From sequence record PQ664488.1: 32,000 nucleotides of DNA; one strand, written 5' to 3'. The position numbers and the translations under genes were made by a program. This document shows, piece after piece, positions 11,701 to 20,042 of this stretch. Below the pieces are notes generated by a model, which ran no database searches, was not told the DNA's origin, and saw only the letters and a program-made list of their open reading frames with translations. How positions within the stretch are numbered: the first letter of the stretch is position 1; each line of letters opens with the position of its first letter. This DNA comes from Obesumbacterium phage Ob_P.

Positions 11701-12450
11701 TGCTTCCTCGAAAGAGATTGCATAACCAGCAGCCTCTTGTAGAGATCTAGCTAGAGTTTGTACCGGAGTACCTGTTTGAGTACCAACAATAGTACCAAAC
11801 TTCTCAAGACGGTTTAACTGGTCACCCATCTTAAGCTGTTCGAATGCAGATTGTAGAACGAACACGTTAGATGCGATAGCAGCGTACATAAGAGGTAAAC
11901 CACCACCCACTTTAGCCATAGCTGCGAAGTCACGAGTTGCACCACGTGCGGAACCAGAAGTATTACCAATGGCACGACTAGCACGTCCTGCAGCGGTAGT
12001 TGTATCATTAAAGCCTCTAGCAGTATTACCTAGTGCTCGGTTAGTATCATATAATCTATCTTGAACTTTTTCAGTTGCAGCAGCTACATCGTTACCCATC
12101 GCCTTAACAGATTTACCAACATGTGTAAATCCAGACTCTAGCTTCTCAGATACCTCGATCATAGCAAGGGCAAGGTCATCTAGCTTATCACCAATACCCT
12201 CAATGGATTTAGTGATACCAGCCATACCTCTGCTAGCCTGCATTTTAGTTAGACTTTTAGCTGCTCTATCCGCCGCCCTCTCAATGGAGTAAAGAGTTTT
12301 GGGCATTTTTCCTAACTGCTCATTAGTCAGTTCGGAAGCGGCAGCAGCATTTTCTAACGCATCGGAAACGTTCTCAATAGATTTTGCAGTACGGGTTGCC
12401 CCTTTCTGCTTTACATCTATAAGTAGTTCTCGTATTAGCTTATCAGTCAT
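8770..12450 (-). CDS. Tail tape measure / pore-forming tail tip protein, T5 pb2-like (1226 aa)
   Basis: Longest ORF, largely coiled coil, with a late hydrophobic segment (TAVAVMQAATAVPYPFSIPLMVAAGLAGAMALAQA); downstream of the chaperone ORFs. Confidence 0.9.
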   Translation of the reverse strand: MTDKLIRELLIDVKQKGATRTAKSIENVSDALENAAAASELTNEQLGKMPKTLYSIERAADRAAKSLTKMQASRGMAGITKSIEGIGDKLDDLALAMIEVSEKLESGFTHVGKSVKAMGNDVAAATEKVQDRLYDTNRALGNTARGFNDTTTAAGRASRAIGNTSGSARGATRDFAAMAKVGGGLPLMYAAIASNVFVLQSAFEQLKMGDQLNRLEKFGTIVGTQTGTPVQTLARSLQEAAGYAISFEEAMRQASSASAYGFDAEQLNKFGLVARRAAAVLGVDMTDALNRVIKGVSKQEIELLDELGVTIRLNDAYADYVKQLNAANTGITYNVNSLSTFQKQQAYANAVIAESTKRFGYLDDVLRATPWEQFAANADAALRKVQQAAAKYLGPVIDSINAVFYTSQASISASAARAQEETNRQIDPTNVGAVALSLSASEEGYNKALDMYKESLEKRNKLKADLDKRMEQADFFTAGAIRSVAQGVPVSAAALGASEENKKFVAETAAMALQVERLDKEVTDSTDNLGAWKSAYQAAGAAAAKANPEFQKQINLQKDMNDPDAVYDFNSATLKGLTEQQKAYDQAKKTASDLANDIQNIAQNTNTAAKTSASLSDTIKTIESLSAGTGKNADEYVKSLNLGYNTLSEMKTASQALAGYVKLTGNETKNQLEVQQKIAEVYNQTKDKEKAQEAGRRLEIQQLEEQEAALKRVLETNKGNKAIEGEIAKIQLERIKITNQGMEAQKKVKDYTDKILGVDREIALLNNRTMTDTQYRLAQLNLELTVEKEKYEWYSKQVDKHKEAEQSRRAQAQIEREIWKFRQDQQREMAAGREEEQQRKFTANPLMGAAERIKEQIQLFEDLKQKTLGNAAAQLEYNKKLAETRAQLAALRVQRDAEMQSSVGAAVGATYTPTTGLTGEDKNFADMQNRMASYDQAISKLSELNSEATAVAQSMGNLTNAMIQFSQGSLDTTSLVAAGMQTVSSMIQYSVGQQVSAIDAAIAAEQKRDGKSEQSKAKIKKLEAEKLKIQQDAAKKQIIIQTAVAVMQAATAVPYPFSIPLMVAAGLAGAMALAQASSASGMSSIGDSGAETAGYLTLGERQKNVDVSMSANAGELSYIRGDQGIGNANSFVPRAEGGNMYPGVSYQMGEHGTEVITPMVPMKATPTDELKGSSKGTSGRPIVLNISTMDAASFRDFASSNSAAFRDAVEQALNENGTTLKSLGNS

Positions 12451-12470
12451 TTATTTTTCCCAATAAAAAA

Positions 12471-12495
12471 GGCTCTGGGCAAATCACCCAGAGCC
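12471..12495 (-). terminator. Rho-independent terminator between chaperone ORF and tape measure gene
   Basis: Minus strand GGCTCTGGG-TGATTTG-CCCAGAGCC followed by TTTTTTATTG. Confidence 0.85.
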
Positions 12496-12530
12496 AAGCC
12501 TCATCGTGGAACGCCCATTGGAGGAAACTT

Positions 12531-12899
12531 TTACTGAGCTCGAGATCTAGCATGCGGTTTAATGTTCGGAGTGCGACCATTTTGTTTACCATGCTTCTCG
12601 GCTCTCTTACGAGCTGCATCTACAGCTTTCGAATCAAATATATTGATGATGTGTAGAACAAACTCTTTCTCTATAGGATCAGTAATCCCATAGATATCAA
12701 ATAAAACACCTAGTGCACTTTTGTCTTTTCCTATAAAAATAGGAAAGTCACCTGGTATGAAACAGTCAATAAGACTGTTATAAATATTCATACTAGTAGA
12801 TACAATAGGTGGAAAATCTTCGAGTTCAACAGGCATTGCCTTAGGATCAGGTTCAATACCTAGCGACTCACAAAGCATTAAATATTGTTGTTTTGTCAT
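12531..12899 (-). CDS. Tail assembly chaperone, downstream (GT-type) frame; probably expressed by frameshift from the upstream ORF
   Basis: 122 aa from its first ATG, which has no clear Shine-Dalgarno; the frame is open upstream to 12986 and overlaps the end of the 134 aa ORF. Confidence 0.7.
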   Translation of the reverse strand: MTKQQYLMLCESLGIEPDPKAMPVELEDFPPIVSTSMNIYNSLIDCFIPGDFPIFIGKDKSALGVLFDIYGITDPIEKEFVLHIINIFDSKAVDAARKRAEKHGKQNGRTPNIKPHARSRAQ

Positions 12900-12960
12900 T
12901 TTAGATGCTGATGATTTAATGCATTTATCAGCAAAATCGGCAACAGCATCTAGTAACTGC

Positions 12961-13365
12961 TTACGCTTTTGAGCTACGAAAAGTGTCTAAGTGGAACACT
13001 GTCTGGTTGATCCAAGAATCAAACGCAGCAGAGTTCTGCATAAGCATGATAGCATTATCGCGACTAAATGGAACTTCAGTAGTAGGATCAGCTTCAGTTT
13101 CGATAAGCATCAGCTTCTCAACATCTCCAATCGTCAAGCCAGTCCAGCCAGCAATTGCAGTATCAACGAAAGCTTCAATAAACTTATCATCGTCCTGAAC
13201 CTGAATCATAGTACCGTTAACCCACTCATCACGCTTAGCGGAAGAGATAACACGCTTAGATGCAGCACGAGACATGTAGTTCAGTTGCAGCTTGAAGTTA
13301 GGCATACCTGGGTAAGCCAGCTCAATAGTACGAGTTTCAAGGGTAATATCTTTTAAATTGATCAT
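12961..13365 (-). CDS. Tail assembly chaperone, upstream (G-type) ORF (134 aa)
   Basis: Small ORF immediately upstream of the second chaperone frame and tape measure gene; standard siphophage synteny. Confidence 0.75.
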   Translation of the reverse strand: MINLKDITLETRTIELAYPGMPNFKLQLNYMSRAASKRVISSAKRDEWVNGTMIQVQDDDKFIEAFVDTAIAGWTGLTIGDVEKLMLIETEADPTTEVPFSRDNAIMLMQNSAAFDSWINQTVFHLDTFRSSKA

Positions 13366-14261
13366 TTCTTTATTTCTCCAAAGAAGTCGATTCTTACCGG
13401 ATCAGAGTCTGCAGTAGGGATTACATCCCATTCAACTCTGTATATATCCGAGAATTGTAGGCGTTTTGTTATACGTGCTGAAGGAAAGTCAATCGAAATA
13501 TGTTCATTTCGGATGGTTAATGGTATGTCAGTTTCGGGTTCAATATTATAAAACATATCACCAGCAAATCGCTTAGTGTAGTAAAATGCAATTGTTGCCG
13601 AAGCATTCATTTCATTAACATAAGCTCTCTTATTATTATATATTTTGTTTATGTCAAATACGCTTTTATCTTCTCTCCAAGAACATTGTTGCTGGAATGA
13701 CATAGAAGCGGATAAAAGAGCTGGTAAAACATTACTGTTGGTAGATACTCTAGGAGGACTATATGACATAACTTCACCCTGAACAATAGAACCAGCAGGA
13801 GTAAAAGTAGACACCTCAGAGAACTTACCAGATTCAATTCCTACGTTTAGAATAGGAACGCTTTTATCTAGAGAAAAGTCTACAGTAGATACATAGCAAT
13901 TCTCAAAATACACACAGTTATTATCTTTATTAACTATGTATATATTAAACATTGTTGGCTCAATATTTGTACTATAAAGTGGTAGTAGGAATGTGTTACC
14001 CTCTCGGTCAAAGCCCATCCATTCAAAGAAGTTAGCTTCAGTAAGGGTATTACTAAAATTTATAGCCAGCGATATTGAAGATGGAGTTTGTGCATTAATA
14101 ATAGAGTCAGCATAGTTGGTTCTACGATGGATAGTCCTACGAAGAGTTTTAAATTCCTCATAGGACGTATTGATATCGTAATTTGACAGGGCATCAAAAT
14201 GATAAGCCCTGCCATCATACTCAACTATAACTTTTGACTCCCTCATTAGAGAGTAGTACAT
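13362..14261 (-). CDS. Baseplate tube/minor tail protein, T5 p140-like (299 aa)
   Basis: 299 aa ORF between major tail protein and chaperones; assignment by synteny. Confidence 0.6.
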   Translation of the reverse strand: MYYSLMRESKVIVEYDGRAYHFDALSNYDINTSYEEFKTLRRTIHRRTNYADSIINAQTPSSISLAINFSNTLTEANFFEWMGFDREGNTFLLPLYSTNIEPTMFNIYIVNKDNNCVYFENCYVSTVDFSLDKSVPILNVGIESGKFSEVSTFTPAGSIVQGEVMSYSPPRVSTNSNVLPALLSASMSFQQQCSWREDKSVFDINKIYNNKRAYVNEMNASATIAFYYTKRFAGDMFYNIEPETDIPLTIRNEHISIDFPSARITKRLQFSDIYRVEWDVIPTADSDPVRIDFFGEIKK

Positions 14262-14265
14262 TTAA

Positions 14266-15675
14266 TTAGCCACCAGAAGCAGTAACTGTAATGCTCTTAG
14301 TACCTTCTACACCAGAACCATCTTTAGCTACGGCTTTCACAGTAACTGCACCAGTCTTAGAAGCATCAGCGGTCAGTAAACCAGAAGTTGCATCAATAGT
14401 AGCAGCAGTACCAGAGGAAATAGACCAAGTTACTTCCTTATTAGTAGCTTCAGCAGGTAAAACGTCTACAGTCATCTGAAGAGTTGCGCTATTCTCAACG
14501 GAAGTTGCATCGCCAGCAGATTTAACAGTAATACCTGTTACCTTAACCGGAGCTGCTTTACCACCGTCACCAGTTGCAATCAGATTTGCAATAGTAGCTT
14601 TGGTGTACTTATTAGAGAAACCAAGATAACCTTCGTCACCAGTATCCAGATCAGTAGGAATTGCTTTGAACTCTACAGAAGTACCAAGTACATCATCAGT
14701 CTCAATAGTTGGGATGTTTACATGAGCTTGCTTAGCAACTAGAACAGCAGCTGGGCGCTCATCATCATATTCACCACCAAGTACTAGGGCGATTTCGAAA
14801 CGGTTAACTACTTTAAGAGTCTTAATCAGATCTTTGTACAGATCCATAGAACCTAGAGCTTTATCGTTAAGATAAGCAGTTAGAGAACCAGTTAATTCGA
14901 ATGCACCAGTAAATGAACCGATTGGGATGTTAACACGGGACATAACGTTCGGAGTCAGGTAGGTGATGTTGTTGTTGATTGTAAAGCTACCACCAGTGAT
15001 CGGAATGTCATATGCCTTACCAGTATCCATATCCTTAATTTTGAGGATAGTCAGTTTGTTCTTGATGTAAGAACCCTGGATAGTCATGTAAGTTTCATCA
15101 TCAATACCCACAGTATCAGGATCAAATGGAGCAGCATCCAGAGGGATTAGCTGGTTACCATTACCTGACCAAGTTACACGACCGATATCTTCGATATCAA
15201 CGTTTACTTCAGCCTGGTTGATCTGACAGGAATCGATGTAGCTCCATGCTTTATCAGTAAGGATGTAAATATGTAGCATTGCCAGTTCGTGGTATGCGTT
15301 ATCCTTAAAGTTAACCATGAAGTTAGTTTCGTTAGTATGTGCGCCTGTATCACCATCTAGGTTGATAGGCTTACCACTAGAAAGAGCATGCCACAGCATG
15401 TAATCCGGAACGATCTGCTTACTAGTAGTCTTATCTAAGTAAGGCAGGATGTAAGTAGAGAAACTCCACTCAGCTGCATTCAGGGAGTCGTTGAAACGTT
15501 TTGAACCACGAGTTGGACGCGGACCAGCTTCGTTAACAGTAATATCGGTTGAGTTACTGTCCTGACCCCAAGAAATATCATCTTGAACTAGAATCTCTTG
15601 CGTGTTGGTCTTATCGTGACCAGTCTTAACCGTAGACACGAAGATTCGAGTATTACGTAATAGTTGTAAAGACAT
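14266..15675 (-). CDS. Major tail (tube) protein, T5 pb6-like, with C-terminal bacterial Ig-like (Big2) domain
   Basis: C-terminus VTGITVKSAGDATSVENSATLQMTVDVLPAEATNKEVTWSISSG...VTVKAVAKDGSG... is Big2-like; 469 aa. Confidence 0.9.
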   Translation of the reverse strand: MSLQLLRNTRIFVSTVKTGHDKTNTQEILVQDDISWGQDSNSTDITVNEAGPRPTRGSKRFNDSLNAAEWSFSTYILPYLDKTTSKQIVPDYMLWHALSSGKPINLDGDTGAHTNETNFMVNFKDNAYHELAMLHIYILTDKAWSYIDSCQINQAEVNVDIEDIGRVTWSGNGNQLIPLDAAPFDPDTVGIDDETYMTIQGSYIKNKLTILKIKDMDTGKAYDIPITGGSFTINNNITYLTPNVMSRVNIPIGSFTGAFELTGSLTAYLNDKALGSMDLYKDLIKTLKVVNRFEIALVLGGEYDDERPAAVLVAKQAHVNIPTIETDDVLGTSVEFKAIPTDLDTGDEGYLGFSNKYTKATIANLIATGDGGKAAPVKVTGITVKSAGDATSVENSATLQMTVDVLPAEATNKEVTWSISSGTAATIDATSGLLTADASKTGAVTVKAVAKDGSGVEGTKSITVTASGG

Positions 15676-15701
15676 TTATTTATATTCTCCTAATCTGTAA
15701 C

Positions 15702-16187
15702 TTATCTGCGAAGTGCCCTACGAGGTGGCTGATACCTCACTGTTACATTTATTTCCGCTAAACCATATGGGGCCAGTAGACCCTCATCTGTAGCTACTGA
15801 GGTGATGCTCATATCAGTTGCCTCACAGGGGAAGGTCGATCCATTAGGTTTACTAACAGTATATTCTAAATTTCCGCCTGTGTCAATGACGGTTTTTATG
15901 TCAGCTACGAGTTTTTCAAGTTGCTCTTGAATATCTGTTTTCTCTTTGTCATACACGAGGATTGGAAGTTCTAAAAACATCCACTGTTGGCCTGAAGGAA
16001 GATACTGCCCAGTTTCAGTTCCGATATGAACTGCCACAAAAGGAAATTCTCGGATTTCCTCGAATTTATAAGTTTGACGAGAAACGTTTCCATAAAGGTT
16101 ATTGAAATACTCGTCAGGTTGTGAACCATCCATTTGTGTGGCGATTCGGTCAACCACTGCTTGTGCAATACTTGTTCTGTGATCCAT
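15702..16187 (-). CDS. Tail terminator/completion protein, T5 p142-like (161 aa)
   Basis: Size and position between major tail protein and connector genes. Confidence 0.65.
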   Translation of the reverse strand: MDHRTSIAQAVVDRIATQMDGSQPDEYFNNLYGNVSRQTYKFEEIREFPFVAVHIGTETGQYLPSGQQWMFLELPILVYDKEKTDIQEQLEKLVADIKTVIDTGGNLEYTVSKPNGSTFPCEATDMSITSVATDEGLLAPYGLAEINVTVRYQPPRRALRR

Positions 16188-16190
16188 TTA

Positions 16191-16958
16191 TTAGGTTCCT
16201 TGATTAACCTTGATTTTATATCTAGAGTGAATCAGGTCTCTTGCAGCTTTTGCGATTGCCTCCCCAATAAGTTTTTGAGGGTTTCGAGCGCCAGGGTAAG
16301 GTCGTAGAGAAAGTCTTCGATATGTAGAAACTGCGGGGTTGAACACAGAGTAAGGACGAACCATATAGTTATATGTCACATTCAGCTCTGGAGCACCTTT
16401 ACTAGTTTCTGCATCACGTAACATAACGTCTTTAATCTTTAAGGAGTTAGCAAAGCGACCAGTTCTGAACTTCAGAGGTGCTCCTGCTTTTTTCATATCC
16501 TTGATTAAATATTCCTTAGCAACTATCTCAAGAATAGCACGCATGTTACTATTCGATACGAAACGACCGGAAGCACCTGTTACTGCACCAGAATAGCCAT
16601 CTTCAGTATCTCTAGGATCTCCAAAGTTTACCTGAACTCTACCGGTAGAACGTTTTTTACCAACAGCAGAACGTTTGCCTGCGGTTGCTCGAATTAGATT
16701 CTCTAGAGCACCTAAATCACCAGAAAGATCTAAGTTAGAAGAGACAGCCTTCAATATAGATGCTGTCCTAACATTTAATAAGTCTTGAGATACTGGTTTT
16801 GAGAATTTGAAAGATACCTGTGCAACTGTACCATCTCTTGTAGGATCTTTCAAACCTGTCTCAACTGTATACACAACAGTATTCTTATTATTCTCAGATC
16901 GTCCTGCAGTATCTAGCTGCTCTTTAATAATTTGTCTAGCTAGATCAGAAAGAGCCAT
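16191..16958 (-). CDS. Head-tail junction/tail completion protein (255 aa)
   Basis: Position in connector block; 1-nt TAATG overlap with upstream gene. Confidence 0.55.
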   Translation of the reverse strand: MALSDLARQIIKEQLDTAGRSENNKNTVVYTVETGLKDPTRDGTVAQVSFKFSKPVSQDLLNVRTASILKAVSSNLDLSGDLGALENLIRATAGKRSAVGKKRSTGRVQVNFGDPRDTEDGYSGAVTGASGRFVSNSNMRAILEIVAKEYLIKDMKKAGAPLKFRTGRFANSLKIKDVMLRDAETSKGAPELNVTYNYMVRPYSVFNPAVSTYRRLSLRPYPGARNPQKLIGEAIAKAARDLIHSRYKIKVNQGT

Positions 16959-17470
16959 TATACTCTCCTGTAGACTTCGATGATTGTACGAATATGCTCT
17001 GGAATACCAGACTTAGTATTGTTAAACGTAACTGTCTCACCACCAATGGTCTTGGCTTGACGATAATCTTGCTTATGCCAATGATCTACTAACAGACATG
17101 CTGCCAGTTTAAGATCTTCAGGCATTGGATTGAAACCTCCTTGAGTATACTCTACATCCATATATCCTTCAGGAGGATTAAACTTAAGGAGAATAACACC
17201 ATCAGGATACAGTTTAAACTGTTCCGGATCTATTTCATTCTCGTTAATAGTCATCTTTGTAATAGATGTGGCTGAAGGAGAGCTCAGGAAATATTTCCTA
17301 CGGCTAGGTTTTGTGGTGATTAATTGATCTACCGCGTCTGCATCATCCATACCTAGAAGGCTTGTAATCAGCGTATTGGCAGCTTTAATCATCATCTCAA
17401 CCTGAGTTTCCATATCAGGACGTTTTAAGTTCCCATATAGTTTATAATCTTCAACAGTGATGATTTGCAT
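16958..17470 (-). CDS. Head completion/connector protein (170 aa)
   Basis: MQIITVEDYKLYGNLKRPDMETQVEMMIKAANTLITSLLG... resembles gp6-type head-tail connectors; directly downstream of capsid gene. Confidence 0.65.
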   Translation of the reverse strand: MQIITVEDYKLYGNLKRPDMETQVEMMIKAANTLITSLLGMDDADAVDQLITTKPSRRKYFLSSPSATSITKMTINENEIDPEQFKLYPDGVILLKFNPPEGYMDVEYTQGGFNPMPEDLKLAACLLVDHWHKQDYRQAKTIGGETVTFNNTKSGIPEHIRTIIEVYRRV

Positions 17471-17489
17471 TTATTTTTCCCAATAAAAA

Positions 17490-17509
17490 AGGAGAGCCGA
17501 AGCTCTCCT
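17490..17509 (-). terminator. Rho-independent terminator after the major capsid gene
   Basis: Minus strand AGGAGAGC-TTCG-GCTCTCCT followed by TTTTTATTG; UUCG tetraloop. Confidence 0.9.
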
Positions 17510-17529
17510 TATCGGCTGAAAAGCCTGTA

Positions 17530-18906
17530 TTAAGATGCAGCGTAAGCACCAGATACAACGCCGTTTTCGAAGTAACGTTGCAGGTTAACACGCTGAGTAA
17601 CGTAGTATGCGTCACGCTGTTTGCCAGCTTGGCGCTCACGTTCAACAGTAACAGCACGCTGACGCGGCATTACGAAGTTATCTTTGTAAACAATAACTGC
17701 GAATTCAGCGGAAGCAGCTTTAGCTGGGAAGTACTCAGAAACTATAACTGGCAGACCGTAAATACGACCAACCTGACCCTGCAGTTTAACAGCATCGTTA
17801 CCAACCTGGGCAACATCCTGCCATTCTTCATCTTCCAGCAGATCGTAGTAAGCATCCATAGATACGATCAGTACCAGTTTGCTCAGTTTCAGACCGTGAC
17901 GGCCCAGTTTACGACGCAGCTTGGAGATAGTCTTAGCAGTTACCAGAACAGAACCGTCAGCTTTAGCTTCGGTAACAACCTTAGCACCATCATCAGCAGC
18001 CAGTTTCAGCAGACCCTTAGGCTGACCAGTACCATTACCAGACATGAAAGCTTCTTCGATAGAAACAGCGTGTGCTTCGATCAGACGCTTACGCAGCAGA
18101 GGCAGCAGGGAGAAGATTGCATCTTCTTCAGTTTCATCAGTGATGAAGGACTTAGCAGCCAGCTTGTAAGTTTTGAAGCTGATTTCAGTCAGTTGACCTT
18201 TAACTTCGTCACCAACAGTTTCGTCAGTACCGAATTTGGAAGCATCTACCCAAGTAGCACGACCAGCTTCTGGTTCAACGAGCATAGTAAGGATTTTGCT
18301 GGACATTGGCAGTTCATCGAACAGTGCACCAACTACCAGTTCCTTCTGCAGGTCACGGATAATACGGGTAGAGAAGATAGTTTCGTATGCTTCGCTAGAC
18401 ATGGAAACGGAAGAAGAACCGTTAACAGCTTTAACGTGAGCCTTACCATGTTCAGTTTCGAATACGTCCTTCTCCATCATATAAGACAGAAGAACCAGTT
18501 TCTCAACTTCATCTTCGAAAGCATCCTGAGTGCCATAAAGAGCTTTAGCTACGCTATCACCAACGAAGGAACGACCTTCACGAGCTGCCAACAGAGACTT
18601 AATTTCGTCCTGAAGACCAACGATGGTTTCCTGTTGCTTTTCTACAGTCTGTGCAAACAGTTCTGCGCTCTTCTTAGACTTCTCATCCAGGTTCTTAACC
18701 AGATCCAGAGCTTCTTCCAGACGCTTACGGTCTTCACCAACAGCTTTAGATACTAGATCGTTCATACGAGCCAGTTCTTTTTCTTCCTGCTCTTCACGCA
18801 GACGCTTAGCTTCCGCAGCTTTCTGAGCAGCAGTCAGACCTTCCAGAGATTTAGCCAGATCACCCAGACCAAGTTCTTCCTTCAGCTTATTAATATCAAT
18901 AGTCAT
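17530..18906 (-). CDS. Major capsid protein precursor, HK97 fold, T5 pb8-like (458 aa)
   Basis: 458 aa, size as recalled for T5 pb8; N-terminal charged coiled-coil delta domain then capsid-like region; adjacent to prohead protease. Confidence 0.92.
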   Translation of the reverse strand: MTIDINKLKEELGLGDLAKSLEGLTAAQKAAEAKRLREEQEEKELARMNDLVSKAVGEDRKRLEEALDLVKNLDEKSKKSAELFAQTVEKQQETIVGLQDEIKSLLAAREGRSFVGDSVAKALYGTQDAFEDEVEKLVLLSYMMEKDVFETEHGKAHVKAVNGSSSVSMSSEAYETIFSTRIIRDLQKELVVGALFDELPMSSKILTMLVEPEAGRATWVDASKFGTDETVGDEVKGQLTEISFKTYKLAAKSFITDETEEDAIFSLLPLLRKRLIEAHAVSIEEAFMSGNGTGQPKGLLKLAADDGAKVVTEAKADGSVLVTAKTISKLRRKLGRHGLKLSKLVLIVSMDAYYDLLEDEEWQDVAQVGNDAVKLQGQVGRIYGLPVIVSEYFPAKAASAEFAVIVYKDNFVMPRQRAVTVERERQAGKQRDAYYVTQRVNLQRYFENGVVSGAYAAS

Positions 18907-18923
18907 TTTTAAATAATTCTCCG

Positions 18924-19556
18924 TTATTCTTTAACGTAGCCTAAAGCTATCGCAAGTTTTTCTAGTTCAGAAAGATTACGTTCTTGAGCTGGGACAGCCT
19001 TAGAACTTGTTGCAGTAAAAGATTTGCGCCATTCAGTGTAATCGTGGCCATTCATACTCTTAGCGAGGTTGAACGTTGAGTCCTGATTACAAGGTACAGA
19101 AACTACCGAAACTTCGTATAGTTCTAAATCTTTAATAATAAATATGTCAGTAGCTTCATCCCATTCTGCATCTAGGCAGCGGAATCCGATACTGAATGTT
19201 TTCAGTACACCGTTTTTAATTAGTGAGAAGATAGCTGGATCAGAACTTTCATAAATCTCGCATTCAATTTCGAGACCCATTTCAGTAGGGTTAAGATCAA
19301 TACACTTGCCGATTGGACGACGATGGTCGTGGCCGAAAAGAATAATCGGGTTTTTCATGTAGTTAGCAAGTGCATTAGACGTTTTCCATGCCGAAGCAGG
19401 AATTACGTCGCCAGCGCGATCTTTACTAATTGTATTAGCGAATCCACGGATTTTTACAACACCCTCTTTGGACTCGCTATCAATAGACTTAATGTAAGCG
19501 TCTAAATGAACCGGTGCTGATTTTAACTTGTTATAGTCAATAGCAGCATTTGTCAT
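18924..19556 (-). CDS. Prohead maturation protease, HK97-family (210 aa)
   Basis: VKIRGFANTISKDRAGDVIPASAWK...NPIILFGHDHRRPIGK is typical of the HK97 prohead protease family. Confidence 0.92.
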   Translation of the reverse strand: MTNAAIDYNKLKSAPVHLDAYIKSIDSESKEGVVKIRGFANTISKDRAGDVIPASAWKTSNALANYMKNPIILFGHDHRRPIGKCIDLNPTEMGLEIECEIYESSDPAIFSLIKNGVLKTFSIGFRCLDAEWDEATDIFIIKDLELYEVSVVSVPCNQDSTFNLAKSMNGHDYTEWRKSFTATSSKAVPAQERNLSELEKLAIALGYVKE

Positions 19557-19559
19557 TTA

Positions 19560-20042
19560 TTAAGCCTCCGGCGCAGGATTGATAGTTGTTACGCACTCGT
19601 TAGAAGTAATAGAAGTAGATTTACTATCCGTTACAACAACTTTGTAAGTACCAGCATCTTCTGCAGCAGCTGTAGCTTTGTTGAAATTAGGGCCAGTAAC
19701 ACCACTTAGTGGAGAACCGTCTTTAGTCCAAGCATAAGTATATGGTGCAGTACCACCAGTAACTGTTACGCCCAGATTAATTGCTGCACCAGTATCAACA
19801 GCTAGAGTTTTAGCCAGATTCTTCGTGAAAGCTAGAGCCGGAACAACCGGAGCAGTAACTTCGTATGCTTCTTTGAACTTATTCCAAACCTTGCGGTTGG
19901 TATGTGCAGTGGTCATTCCAAACTCTTTACGTAGAGTAGCGTAGTTTGGAACAAACTTATGTGCTGCAACCGTAGCAAAGAAGATATGAGATTCTGGCAG
20001 CTTTTCACCAAAAATGGCCTTTAGACCATCATAATCAATCAT
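19560..20042 (-). CDS. Capsid decoration protein, T5 pb10-like, with C-terminal Ig-like domain (160 aa)
   Basis: Basic N-terminus plus Ig/PKD-like segment (VTVTGGTAPYTYAWTKDGSPLSGVTGPNFNKATAAAEDAGTYKVVVTDSKS). Confidence 0.8.
   Translation of the reverse strand: MIDYDGLKAIFGEKLPESHIFFATVAAHKFVPNYATLRKEFGMTTAHTNRKVWNKFKEAYEVTAPVVPALAFTKNLAKTLAVDTGAAINLGVTVTGGTAPYTYAWTKDGSPLSGVTGPNFNKATAAAEDAGTYKVVVTDSKSTSITSNECVTTINPAPEA

Noticed and set aside
17578-18756. 392 aa plus-strand ORF
   Set aside because: Lies fully antisense to the confidently assigned capsid gene; low-complexity Ser/Phe/Gln-rich translation is the shadow of the capsid codon bias.
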